Shown here: positions 43,554 through 52,862 of the stretch, piece by piece | Layout: every line of letters starts with the position of its first letter | How positions within the stretch are numbered: position 1 is the first letter of the stretch | Assembly (NCBI GenBank): GCA_963675525.2 | Contig: CAXXSL010000011.1 | Location: 32,001-96,000, forward strand | Source: Anaerohalosphaeraceae bacterium | GTDB lineage: Bacteria > Planctomycetota > Phycisphaerae > Sedimentisphaerales > Anaerohalosphaeraceae | Direction of reading: 5' to 3' | Length of the DNA: 64,000 nt | Program-made: the position numbers and the translations under genes | Notes under the pieces: model-generated | Told to the model about the DNA's origin: nothing | The model's input: the letters and a program-made list of their open reading frames with translations, nothing else | Databases searched by the model: none

Positions 43554-44915
43554 TTAGTGGAAAATCTGGAAGCCGGAATAAGACTCCATACCATGCTCGC
43601 CAATATCCAAACCACGCAATTCTTCCGTCCTGCTGACACGCAGCCCGACGGTCACATCAATCATTTTAAAGATTAAGCCCATGGTGACAAGCACAAATGT
43701 GACAGTTGCAAAACTGCCAACCATCTGGATACCAAGTTGAGTCGGATTGCCGCCGTAAATAAAGCCGTTATTGGCAACACCCAGAGCCTCTTTGCCGAAA
43801 ATACCGACACAGAGGGTTCCCCATATGCCGCACATCCCGTGAACCGGAACAGCACCAACCGGGTCGTCAATCTGCAGTTTATCCAGCAATTCAACGCCCA
43901 AAACAACAATGATACCGGATGTCAAACCAATCACACAAGCCGCCCACGGCTCAACAAATGCACACGGAGCGGTGATACCAACCAGACCAGCCAATGCCCC
44001 GTTCATGGCCATCGAAAGGTCCGGCTTGCCAAATCGTACCCAAACTGTCACCATCGCCGCAATACCGCCCAATGCTGCCGCCATATTCGTATTAATCGCA
44101 ACGCGAGCAATATCAAAGCCGCTATTGATCACACCAAGGGTGGAACCCGGGTTAAATCCGAACCAACCGAACCACAAGATAAATACACCCAACGAGGCTA
44201 AGGGAATATTGTGACCGGCAATGGCCTTGGGCTTGCCATCCACACCGTATTTGCCCAGACGCGGCTTCAGCAGGATCGTCCCGATCAATGCGGCTATTCC
44301 ACCGGTAGTATGTACAACCGTCGATCCCGCAAAGTCACCAAAGCCCATCTCGCTAAGCCAGCCGCCGCCCCAAACCCAGTGACCGATGATCGGATAAATC
44401 AGGGCCGAAATCAGGAAAGAGTAAATCAGGTAGGCCTTGAAATTCATTCGCTCAGCCATACCCCCGGCAACGATGGTTGCCGCTGCTCCGCAGAACGCCG
44501 CCTGAAACAGCCAGAATGCATACAACGGAAGACCGCTGGCCGTGTCACCAATCCCCATCAGCATCCAGCCTTTAAGTCCCATGAAGGCATTGCCGTCACC
44601 GAACATAAAGGCATAACCGACGAGGAAGAATCCCAGCGATGCCATACAGAAATCCAGGAAATTCTTCGTTAATATATTACAGGTGTTCTTAGCACGAATA
44701 AAGCCGGCTTCGACCATGCCGAAGCCGGCTTGCATGAAGAACACCAAAAACGCCGCAATCAGGACCCAAACGGTATCCAAACCTTGTTTAACATCTGCAA
44801 TCGAAATCGTATCTTCCGCTGCAACAGCACTCCCTGCTATCCCAAACAAAAAACACAAAATCATCATTCCAACAAACCAACTGAACTTGAATCGTCTCAC
44901 GTTTTGTCCTTTCAC
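43554..44915 (-). CDS. amt: Ammonium transporter
   Basis: FFMQAGF, DFAGSTVVH, WFGWFGFNPGS, DDPVGAVPVHG, GLDIGEHG. Confidence 0.96.
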   Translation of the reverse strand: MKGQNVRRFKFSWFVGMMILCFLFGIAGSAVAAEDTISIADVKQGLDTVWVLIAAFLVFFMQAGFGMVEAGFIRAKNTCNILTKNFLDFCMASLGFFLVGYAFMFGDGNAFMGLKGWMLMGIGDTASGLPLYAFWLFQAAFCGAAATIVAGGMAERMNFKAYLIYSFLISALIYPIIGHWVWGGGWLSEMGFGDFAGSTVVHTTGGIAALIGTILLKPRLGKYGVDGKPKAIAGHNIPLASLGVFILWFGWFGFNPGSTLGVINSGFDIARVAINTNMAAALGGIAAMVTVWVRFGKPDLSMAMNGALAGLVGITAPCAFVEPWAACVIGLTSGIIVVLGVELLDKLQIDDPVGAVPVHGMCGIWGTLCVGIFGKEALGVANNGFIYGGNPTQLGIQMVGSFATVTFVLVTMGLIFKMIDVTVGLRVSRTEELRGLDIGEHGMESYSGFQIFH

Positions 44916-44989
44916 AAAGGCTCGCCTTACATTAAGTAGAGATCAATTGTACAGCTTTACAACCGCCGTAAAGCTTTCGTAAGAACATT

Positions 44990-45005
44990 TGCAAGAACCA
45001 TACCA
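44990..45005 (-). promoter_or_regulatory. sigma54 promoter of the second amt-glnK pair
   Basis: TGGTAT-GGTTC-TTGCA. Confidence 0.78.
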
Positions 45006-45062
45006 TTTTGACACAATCTTGAAACATCTACATAACTTACTTTAAAGAAAGGGCTTAAGATT

Positions 45063-45137
45063 TCAATTTTTGTAACAATATGGCCATGTCAAGCTCACGA
45101 ATTTGTATTCCATGGTCACAGAAACTACATTTTTGTT
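45063..45137. promoter_or_regulatory. Degenerate phased operator sites
   Basis: 45063 tcaatttttgta, 45096 cacgaatttgta, 45126 tacatttttgtt. Confidence 0.55.
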
Positions 45138-45185
45138 GTTTTTGTGTGTTTTTACATTTTCAAAGAGCAACACATTTTAACGCAA

Positions 45186-45527
45186 CTAACCAATTGCAGC
45201 CTTACCTTTTTCGCCGGTACGAATTCGGATACACTCATCAAGACTCAAAACGAAAATCTTGCCGTCTCCGATCTCGCCGGTCCGTGCCGACGAAATAACC
45301 GTATTAATGGTTTTTTCGACAAACTCCTCGTTTACGGCAATTTCAAGCCGTATTTTCTTGAGAAGGTTGACGTCAAACTCAACACCGCGGTAGCTTTCGT
45401 GATACCCTTTCTGCGCCCCGCACCCCAGCGAATTGGTTACCGACATTTTGGCAACCTCTGCCTGTGCTAAAGCTTGTTTGACATCTTCCAACTTATGTGG
45501 CTGAATATATGCTATTATCAATTTCAT
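45186..45527 (-). CDS. glnK: P-II nitrogen regulatory protein
   Basis: [24 protein letters not shown]; close paralog of 43174-43515. Confidence 0.94.
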   Translation of the reverse strand: MKLIIAYIQPHKLEDVKQALAQAEVAKMSVTNSLGCGAQKGYHESYRGVEFDVNLLKKIRLEIAVNEEFVEKTINTVISSARTGEIGDGKIFVLSLDECIRIRTGEKGKAAIG

Positions 45528-45560
45528 GATTCATTCTCCTGATTATAAGGTTCTCTTGCA

Positions 45561-46970
45561 TTACATAGAACTAAAGATCTGGAATCCGGCATAGGCCTCC
45601 ATACCATGTTCGCCAATATCCAACCCCTTGATCTCTTCGTCTTTCTCAGCACGCAGACCAACCGTAACTTTGATGATGGTAAACATCAGCAAGCCGAGTC
45701 CAAATGCCCAGGCAAAGGCTGCACCGATACCCGCCAACTGGCTTCCAAGCTGAGCAAAACCGCCACCATAGAAGAGACCGCCGTTGACATCCCCTGTACC
45801 AAGAACCTTTTCCGCATTAAACAAACCACACGCTAACGTACCAAAAGCACCACAAACACCATGCACTGAAACGGCACCTACCGGGTCATCGATTTTCAAA
45901 ACATTATCAATAAAGATAACACTGAAGTACACCAAGGCGCCCGCTATCGCTCCAATGAATACTGCACCAACCGGCGTAACCGTGTAACAGCCGGCAGTAA
46001 TACCAACCAAACCCGCAAGTGCACCATTCAATGACATCGACGCATCCGGTTTTTTACCAATAACCCAGGAAACGATCATGGCAACGATCGCACCAGCGGC
46101 GGCAGCCAGATTTGTGGTTACAGCCACACGACCGATTTCACCATCGCCAATAGTTGTTGAACCGGGGTTAAAACCAAACCATCCAAACCACAGGATGAAC
46201 ACACCTAATGCTGCGAGGGTAATGTTATGACCCGGAATCGCTTTGGCCTTTCCATCCGGACCGTATTTGCCAAGACGGGGCCCAAGAACGATCGCACCGG
46301 CCAGAGCCAGCCAACCGCCGATAGAGTGCACAACCGTCGAACCGGCAAAGTCACAGAAAGGCGTACTCATATTTTCCAGCCAGCCGCCGCCATTGAGAAG
46401 GCCGCCCCATGCCCATGATCCAAAAATCGGATAAATGAAGGCACAGATAAAGACACTATAGCAAATGTAGGCTTTAAACTTAGTTCGACCGGCCATCGCA
46501 CCGGAGACAATCGTAGCTGCTGTTCCGGCAAATACCGTCTGAAAAATCAGAAACGTCCAGTTCCATGATGTGGGATCACCGTAGGTACCTGCAACACCAA
46601 AACCGTCCCAGCCAATGATACCTTTATTGACGCCAAACATCAGGCTGAATCCGATAACAAAGAAGGCAATCGTTCCGATCGAAAAGTCCATCAGATTCTT
46701 CATCAGAATGTTGACCGCATTCTTGGCACGGGTAAACCCGGCCTCGACCATGGCAAAACCGGCCTGCATAAAGAACACCAGGAACGCCGCGACACAGGTC
46801 CAGACAATATTAATATTCGTCTGCATTTCTTCTTTGGCCGCATCAACGGCGGCCGTAACAGGATCGACCGCTGCGGCCTCTTCGGCCAGCACAATGTTGC
46901 CCATTAGCATAAATAACAGAAACACGATCAAAAACTTTCCAAGCATTTTTCGCAACAAATCACCGTTCAT
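45561..46970 (-). CDS. amt: Ammonium transporter
   Basis: FFMQAGF, FQTVFA, DFAGSTVVH, WFGWFGFNPGS, DDPVGAVSVHG. Confidence 0.96.
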   Translation of the reverse strand: MNGDLLRKMLGKFLIVFLLFMLMGNIVLAEEAAAVDPVTAAVDAAKEEMQTNINIVWTCVAAFLVFFMQAGFAMVEAGFTRAKNAVNILMKNLMDFSIGTIAFFVIGFSLMFGVNKGIIGWDGFGVAGTYGDPTSWNWTFLIFQTVFAGTAATIVSGAMAGRTKFKAYICYSVFICAFIYPIFGSWAWGGLLNGGGWLENMSTPFCDFAGSTVVHSIGGWLALAGAIVLGPRLGKYGPDGKAKAIPGHNITLAALGVFILWFGWFGFNPGSTTIGDGEIGRVAVTTNLAAAAGAIVAMIVSWVIGKKPDASMSLNGALAGLVGITAGCYTVTPVGAVFIGAIAGALVYFSVIFIDNVLKIDDPVGAVSVHGVCGAFGTLACGLFNAEKVLGTGDVNGGLFYGGGFAQLGSQLAGIGAAFAWAFGLGLLMFTIIKVTVGLRAEKDEEIKGLDIGEHGMEAYAGFQIFSSM

Positions 46971-47010
46971 AACTCTATCCTTTCAAATTTGCGTTTATGG
47001 GTTCTTTCTT

Positions 47011-47769
47011 CTAAAAACTGGTTGACAAACTGATTCCTGTAAAGAAATAATCGCTGGACTTATCAAACGCATCCGATTTTCTTACGTCGCTGTCCAGAAG
47101 AGTCACATAATTAAAACTTGGAGAAAATGTCCATCCTCCGAGTCCGACCGGAAACGCCACACTGACAGCCAGATCATTCAACGCACTATCAGTAGCCGGT
47201 GCTCCCCAGTAAGCTTTATTATACGATTGGCTGCCCCATCCCAGACTGGCGCCCAATTCCATGCCGATCGGCGTATCTGACGATAACTCCGCGATTTTCT
47301 CGATGCTGTGTCCTACACCGAAAGAAACATAGGTCCCTTTCACGTCATCAACATCAAAATAGGCGGTCACAGAAGGCGACAACGGAAGATCAAAGGCAAA
47401 TCCACAATAGACTTCCGTTGTATCTTCACCGCTCGGGAAGTAGTAATTGATAACACCGACACTCAGGTCGATTCCCTCGGCGATCGTTGTCGTATAATCC
47501 GCATAGTAATCATACTCAATAAACTCGCTACTATTGCCGGTGTAATCGGTCAGATCCAGACTGCCCCAGATTCCCAGCGTAAGGCTATCAAGGGTTAAGC
47601 TGATACCGGGCTGGAATGCATAGTCATCATTGATATTTTGACCACGCCAGATGTACTTACTGTAAAAATCCGCGGTAACATCAACACTCGTACTTTCAAA
47701 AGCCCAAACCACTCCGCTGGCACACAACACACCCAAAACAACCAAACAACCTAATACTGACAATCTCAT
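47011..47769 (-). CDS. Outer membrane beta-barrel protein (TorF/TIGR02001-like putative porin)
   Basis: Signal peptide, SKYIWRG, QPG, EYDYY, YYFP, terminal Phe; GGGAG RBS supports ATG at 47769. Confidence 0.75.
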   Translation of the reverse strand: MRLSVLGCLVVLGVLCASGVVWAFESTSVDVTADFYSKYIWRGQNINDDYAFQPGISLTLDSLTLGIWGSLDLTDYTGNSSEFIEYDYYADYTTTIAEGIDLSVGVINYYFPSGEDTTEVYCGFAFDLPLSPSVTAYFDVDDVKGTYVSFGVGHSIEKIAELSSDTPIGMELGASLGWGSQSYNKAYWGAPATDSALNDLAVSVAFPVGLGGWTFSPSFNYVTLLDSDVRKSDAFDKSSDYFFTGISLSTSF

Positions 47770-47875
47770 GTTCAACTCCCTAAACAGTTTTGTTGGTTTC
47801 CTTTAGATTACGACATTTTTAAAGCTTTTTAATTCACAGGCCTGTGTCACTTTCAAAAGCTCACAAATGACTTAA

Positions 47876-47892
47876 AGCAAGAGGTGTGCCAA
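47876..47892 (-). promoter_or_regulatory. sigma54 promoter of the porin-amt-glnK operon
   Basis: TTGGCAC-ACCTC-TTGCT. Confidence 0.85.
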
Positions 47893-47983
47893 AACATATA
47901 CGATTCGCCTGTATATATGTAAGTTGTTTGTTTGGAGTGTGTTATGTGAAAATCAGGAACATCTTTAACAATAAACATCTGCC

Positions 47984-48025
47984 TACAATTTTGTAGGTAG
48001 ATGTTTATTGTGCTACATTTATGTA
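47984..48025. promoter_or_regulatory. Two perfect TACA-W4-TGTA operator sites
   Basis: 47984 tacaattttgta, 48014 tacatttatgta. Confidence 0.75.
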
Positions 48026-48034
48026 ACCCTTCTC

Positions 48035-49555
48035 TTATTTTTTCAGGATGTTATACTTTTTGATCTTATACCCCAGCATTCGCTCTGTCAGTCCCAGTTC
48101 TTTGGCCGCATGACGCTGACAGCCGTGCGTTCTTTTCAGTGCATCGACGATCATTTCCAACTCCAGATATTCGACTTTCTCAGGCAATGTTAACCCGCCG
48201 TTCTCAGCTGTCTTTTTAGCTATTTGCAGTGAAGGAGGCAAATGATCCGACCGCAGTACATCCTCATCACACAGCAGAACCGCCCTTTCGATGCAGTTTT
48301 CAAGCTCGCGAATGTTCCCGGGCCAATGGTAGCTCGTCAGCATCTCAATCGCAGGCGTCGAGATACGTTGAATGTTTTTGCGGTTCTCTTTTGAATATTT
48401 TTCCAGAAAAAAATCCGCCAGCAGCATGACATCATTCTTGCGATCCCGTAACGGCGGCATATAGATCGGAAAGACATTGATACGATAATAAAGATCCTCT
48501 CTGAACAAGCCGTTCTTGATCTCCTCCTCGAGATTTTTGTTCGTCGCAACGACAATGCGTAGATTTGCCTTAATTGTCTCATAACCGCCAACTCGCTCAA
48601 ACTCCTTAAACTGGATAACACGTAACAGTTTCACCTGTAAATTCAGGGAAAAATCGCCGATTTCATCCAGAAAGATAGTACCGCCATCGGCCAGTTCAAA
48701 ACGCCCGGGTTTGCGATCCGTTGCCCCTGTAAAGGCGCCTTTTTCATGGCCAAAAAGCTCGCTTTCAAGCAAATTCTCAGGCAGGGCCGTACAGTTTATC
48801 TTAATAAAGGGTTTCGCTGAACGGAGACTGTTATAATGGATTGCATGCGCGATCAGATCCTTACCTGTCCCGCTTTCGCCACGGATCAGAACCGTCGCAT
48901 TACTATTGGCCACCTGCTCGATCAAGCGATAAACCTCCAGCATCGCATTACTGGTACCCACCATATTATGGATGTTAAATTTGGTTTTCAACTCCCGCAG
49001 CAGCCGGGCATTTTCATTACGCAGTTCCCTGCGGTCGGATTCAACCATCTTATTCAGCTTGACCGCTTGCGCCACCATCGTAGCAAGCACCTCCAGCAAT
49101 CGAACATGCGCCTCAAAATCCTCAGCCGCCCGAACTTTTCGATCAACACTAATCGCCCCGATCGTTTTACCTTCCAGTTTGATCGGAACACAGAAAAAAG
49201 CGATCTTTTGCCCTTTGGAACGTTTTCTCTCCCCAGTTTTTGCAAGAAAACGGGGGTCCTTGCTGATATCCGGAACCACTACTTCTTTCCCCGTCTGAAC
49301 AACAAGACCGGTAATACCCTCACCGACTTTATATGTGATCTGCTTCTTGAAAGCATCCTCTAAGCCATGAGCAACCTTAATGCTAATCGTCTCACTTTCG
49401 GAATCCAGAAGCGTAATGGCACCACGCTCAAGCTTTACGTGGGTCTCCAGTGCTTTCAGAATGGACTCCAGCGTTTCCTCGATATCAAGCGATTCAGCTA
49501 TCGCCTTAGCAACATCCGCTAATAAATTTACTTCCCTGGCCAACTTCTTTGCCAT
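48035..49555 (-). CDS. NifA-like GAF-AAA+-HTH sigma54-dependent activator
   Basis: N-terminal [40 protein letters not shown]; Fis-type HTH. Confidence 0.93.
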   Translation of the reverse strand: MAKKLAREVNLLADVAKAIAESLDIEETLESILKALETHVKLERGAITLLDSESETISIKVAHGLEDAFKKQITYKVGEGITGLVVQTGKEVVVPDISKDPRFLAKTGERKRSKGQKIAFFCVPIKLEGKTIGAISVDRKVRAAEDFEAHVRLLEVLATMVAQAVKLNKMVESDRRELRNENARLLRELKTKFNIHNMVGTSNAMLEVYRLIEQVANSNATVLIRGESGTGKDLIAHAIHYNSLRSAKPFIKINCTALPENLLESELFGHEKGAFTGATDRKPGRFELADGGTIFLDEIGDFSLNLQVKLLRVIQFKEFERVGGYETIKANLRIVVATNKNLEEEIKNGLFREDLYYRINVFPIYMPPLRDRKNDVMLLADFFLEKYSKENRKNIQRISTPAIEMLTSYHWPGNIRELENCIERAVLLCDEDVLRSDHLPPSLQIAKKTAENGGLTLPEKVEYLELEMIVDALKRTHGCQRHAAKELGLTERMLGYKIKKYNILKK

Positions 49556-49590
49556 ATTTCACCTCAAAAGATAACAAAAAGCTATATTGA

Positions 49591-49658
49591 TACAAAATTG
49601 TATACTTGCTGGAGTATAACAAAATTGTATCGCCTACGCAAGCTTCTACAATTATGTA
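49591..49658. promoter_or_regulatory. Three operator sites in the activator's own upstream region
   Basis: 49591 tacaaaattgta, 49618 aacaaaattgta, 49647 tacaattatgta. Confidence 0.7.
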
Positions 49659-49738
49659 TTTTATTTTTTTCTTCGTTTTTTATCTTTTTTTTGATTAAAT
49701 ACCTTTTATTCCCTTAATAACAAGGAAGGAAAATAGGA

Positions 49739-51538
49739 ATGGACCACCAAAAAGCATCGATAAACCTTAAAATCGCCGGATTTATGCTCATCTCCTGCGT
49801 CATCAGCTTTCCTGTGGGCTACTATCTGGGGGACCGGGGTGCACGCTGGTATCCCAACACGGTCGATATCATCCTGTTTTGCTTGTTTTCCGGCACGTGC
49901 TGTCTGTTGGTTTCATCTTTAATCTCGGGAGCCGTAATAATGACTGAAAAAAAAATCCTTATCAAAAAACGTGCCATTATTCTTTGCCTGGTGTTAATGC
50001 TGATCAGTGCGATTCATTTGATTGGTTGCCAATTTCAAAAAAAGACATCCTTGACCGCCCTGTCGCCCGATGATTTTGAAATGGCTGTCTCAGCCCATAT
50101 CGACCAACTCGAAAGCTATGACAGGGAAATGGAATCCCTCCTGCAGGAAATGCACTCTCAGAGCCTCTTCTCCGAATCTTCAAATAACCCACTGTCTGTC
50201 GCAGAAGAGCAATTTCTTCGCGAATCTTGGCTGAGTCTTTACGACTATGCTTTTGGACTCGACCAAATTCGCCAATTTTACCACAATTGGTATCGGTTTG
50301 ATGTGTCCCGTTCCCGGAGACCGTATCATGTCCAAAGCTATTTGCTCTCATACAGCGCCGATGTGATTCTTTATGAAAAAGCCATGCGAACCGTACAGTT
50401 AATCAAGAAGAATCCCAACGCCGTCAAATTTTTGAATGCACCGCATCCGGGAAGCGACATCGGACCGGACTCTTTTTCTCGTTTTCAGCTCGATTTATTC
50501 GGAAGCGATTGTTACAGCCGGATTTGCTCGGGCGAACTATATCTCGAATGGCTCGGGAAAGGCCTCAATTCACGGAATTCCACCTTCGCAGGCCCCTGTC
50601 TGCACCTGTGGGACACGATCGAGACCCGTCTGGCCATGGTAGACCAGATAGATACTGTCACACGGGGTATCGCCATTGCAGATGCAGACATGGAACTGCT
50701 TCGCAAAGGCATCTATCGGATTTGGTTCCCGGCCCAAAAAGACGTCGCCGAGTGGATGGGCGACACCCGCCTGCAGCGTGTCGGAAAATACCTCATAACC
50801 CCATCACTACAGGAAGAATTAAACAACCTGCTCGAACCGGGCGATATCCTGCTGTCCCGGAAGAACTGGTACTTGAGCAATGTCGGCTTGCCCGGCTTCT
50901 GGCCGCACGCGATTCTTTATATCGGCCAGCCGGATAAACTAATGGCCTATTTTGACGATCCCGAGGTGGCGGACCTTCTTAAAACACTGTCCGGCAAAGA
51001 AATATCGTTCGATCAATACATGTCAGAGCGGTTTCCTGATAAATGGCTGCGGTATCGTTCCGGCACCGGACAAGCGGATTACCACGTCATCGAAGCCGTT
51101 AAATACGGCGTTATGCTGAATCCGCTTTCAAAGGCCTGTGGCGACTATCTGGCGGCCATTCGTCCTAAATTATCGAAGCGCGCCAAAGTACAGGCCGTCA
51201 TCCTTGCCTTTTCGCATCTCGACAAACCCTATGATTTCGATTTCGACTTCGCCACCGACCACGCACTCGTCTGTACGGAACTGGTTTGGCGAAGCTATCG
51301 GCCCGCAGACCGGAAAGAGGGCCTGAACATTAACCTCGTCGAAATGGCGGGTCGAAAAACCTTGCCCGCTAATGAAATCGCAAAGTTATTTGCCAACGAA
51401 AAACAAAACGGCCCTCGGCAATTTGATTTCATCTGTTTCATCGATGCCAATGAGAAAACAGAAACGGCTTTCTTTTCAGATGAAAACGCTTTTCTCGAAT
51501 CCGCTAACAGACCAAAGTGGAGTTTCCGACAGGAATAA
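49739..51538 (+). CDS. Permuted papain-like (YiiX/YebB, NlpC/P60) amidase with N-terminal membrane segments
   Basis: LEPGDILL, PGFWPHAILYIG (His), VIEA, YDFDFD..LVCTELV (Cys). Confidence 0.82.
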   Translation: MDHQKASINLKIAGFMLISCVISFPVGYYLGDRGARWYPNTVDIILFCLFSGTCCLLVSSLISGAVIMTEKKILIKKRAIILCLVLMLISAIHLIGCQFQKKTSLTALSPDDFEMAVSAHIDQLESYDREMESLLQEMHSQSLFSESSNNPLSVAEEQFLRESWLSLYDYAFGLDQIRQFYHNWYRFDVSRSRRPYHVQSYLLSYSADVILYEKAMRTVQLIKKNPNAVKFLNAPHPGSDIGPDSFSRFQLDLFGSDCYSRICSGELYLEWLGKGLNSRNSTFAGPCLHLWDTIETRLAMVDQIDTVTRGIAIADADMELLRKGIYRIWFPAQKDVAEWMGDTRLQRVGKYLITPSLQEELNNLLEPGDILLSRKNWYLSNVGLPGFWPHAILYIGQPDKLMAYFDDPEVADLLKTLSGKEISFDQYMSERFPDKWLRYRSGTGQADYHVIEAVKYGVMLNPLSKACGDYLAAIRPKLSKRAKVQAVILAFSHLDKPYDFDFDFATDHALVCTELVWRSYRPADRKEGLNINLVEMAGRKTLPANEIAKLFANEKQNGPRQFDFICFIDANEKTETAFFSDENAFLESANRPKWSFRQE

Positions 51539-51540
51539 AA

Positions 51541-51566
51541 AAAGGCGGCCGTTTCCGGTCGCCTTT
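51541..51566. terminator. Bidirectional intrinsic terminator between convergent genes
   Basis: aaaggcggcc-gtttcc-ggtcgccttt flanked by A/T runs. Confidence 0.7.
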
Positions 51567-51596
51567 AATGCACCTATTGACAGGGGCTCTTCATAC

Positions 51597-52838
51597 CTAA
51601 ATCACGTTCTCATAAAGAACAATACCATCGACAACTTTACAGGTGTGAACCGCGTACTTGTCGGCAAAATCGGGACGGCTTCTCGGATACGCCGTATCAA
51701 CGGCTGCTTTAGCGGCATCGGCCGCTTCAGCCAGCACCAGACAGCCCGCTGCGCCTTTATCGCCGCCACCCAGCATCCGCTCGCCCAGCACACCCGGAAC
51801 CGTACGAACAATGTCACACATGCTTTCCAGTTCAGGCCCGGAGATGACATATTCATCACGCAGGCCAATTCCATCCTGCCGGAAGATAGTACCAACCGTT
51901 TCAATGTCGCCGGCCTTCCACGCCGCCATCATCTCATAGAAACGTTTCTGGGCCTTATAGATATACGTCATGCGGCTGACCAGATGCGGAACATCTTTTT
52001 CGAAATGCGCCTTGATCTTTTTGTACAAAGCTTCATCCTTAATATCAGCAAGACAGGAGATACCGAACCCGGCATCTTTGGCCTTGGCGGCCATTTCCTC
52101 ACACTCGCTGCGGCGGACTTTATAAGTGGACTTCTCCAGTCCGGGACGAACCGTGCCGGTATCCATGACAACAATACGAAAATCCCTGGCACCCGCTCCC
52201 AGCGGAACATAGCTGATCGAACGATCCGCAGGTATATAATGCGTGCCTTTGCCTTCTTTGGCAAACATGATCATGATCTGATCCAGCTTTCCGCACGGCG
52301 AGCCGATATAATCGTTTTCGACCATCTGAGCCAGATCAACAACCTTCATGGCATCCTCTTCGACGATACCACTGGCATCCAGCATGGAGATGATCAGGTT
52401 CAGCGACAGCGAAGCACTCCGGCTCATGCCGCCGCCGGGAATATTGCCGTAAAGCACCGCATCAATCCCCTGCGTCAGTTGATAGCCCTCGCGTTTAAGC
52501 ACATAATCGACGCCATACGGAAACCGTGCCCATGTGTCATACACTTCCGCTGACTGCGGATCGGGCGTTTTTCCGATCTCAAACTCGACCACGCCATCAT
52601 CCGGGAAGTTGCCGCTGAAAAAACGCATGGTCTTCGTGCCGTTGGGCTTATACGCCATCCAGATAAACCGATCCGTTCCGACACCGAACAACTCCGTGCC
52701 GTTATAGTCACCGTGCTCAACGCCCAGACAGAACCGCGAGGAACTCCGGCGAACCTTCGCCCCGGCGATATCGATGCCCTTGTCAGCGGCAAGCCGTTTC
52801 AAATACTCAAATGCCTGTTGATCATTCGTTACATTCAC
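51597..52838 (-). CDS. Galactokinase-like GHMP sugar kinase (divergent motifs)
   Basis: RFCLGVEHGDYNG, IPGGGMSRSAS, END.IGSPCGKLDQ, GERMLGGGDKG. Confidence 0.85.
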   Translation of the reverse strand: MNVTNDQQAFEYLKRLAADKGIDIAGAKVRRSSSRFCLGVEHGDYNGTELFGVGTDRFIWMAYKPNGTKTMRFFSGNFPDDGVVEFEIGKTPDPQSAEVYDTWARFPYGVDYVLKREGYQLTQGIDAVLYGNIPGGGMSRSASLSLNLIISMLDASGIVEEDAMKVVDLAQMVENDYIGSPCGKLDQIMIMFAKEGKGTHYIPADRSISYVPLGAGARDFRIVVMDTGTVRPGLEKSTYKVRRSECEEMAAKAKDAGFGISCLADIKDEALYKKIKAHFEKDVPHLVSRMTYIYKAQKRFYEMMAAWKAGDIETVGTIFRQDGIGLRDEYVISGPELESMCDIVRTVPGVLGERMLGGGDKGAAGCLVLAEAADAAKAAVDTAYPRSRPDFADKYAVHTCKVVDGIVLYENVI

Positions 52839-52862
52839 TTCAAAGATCTCCTGTAAGTGCTG

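Noticed and set aside
48035..49555. Calling the activator nifA or inferring nitrogen fixation
   Set aside because: No nif genes in the window, and the recurring upstream motif is not TGT-N10-ACA
51372..52553. 393-aa plus-strand ORF and other long shadow ORFs (e.g. 4807-5583, 12073-12756, 34840-35532)
   Set aside because: Antisense to well-supported genes and without recognisable motifs
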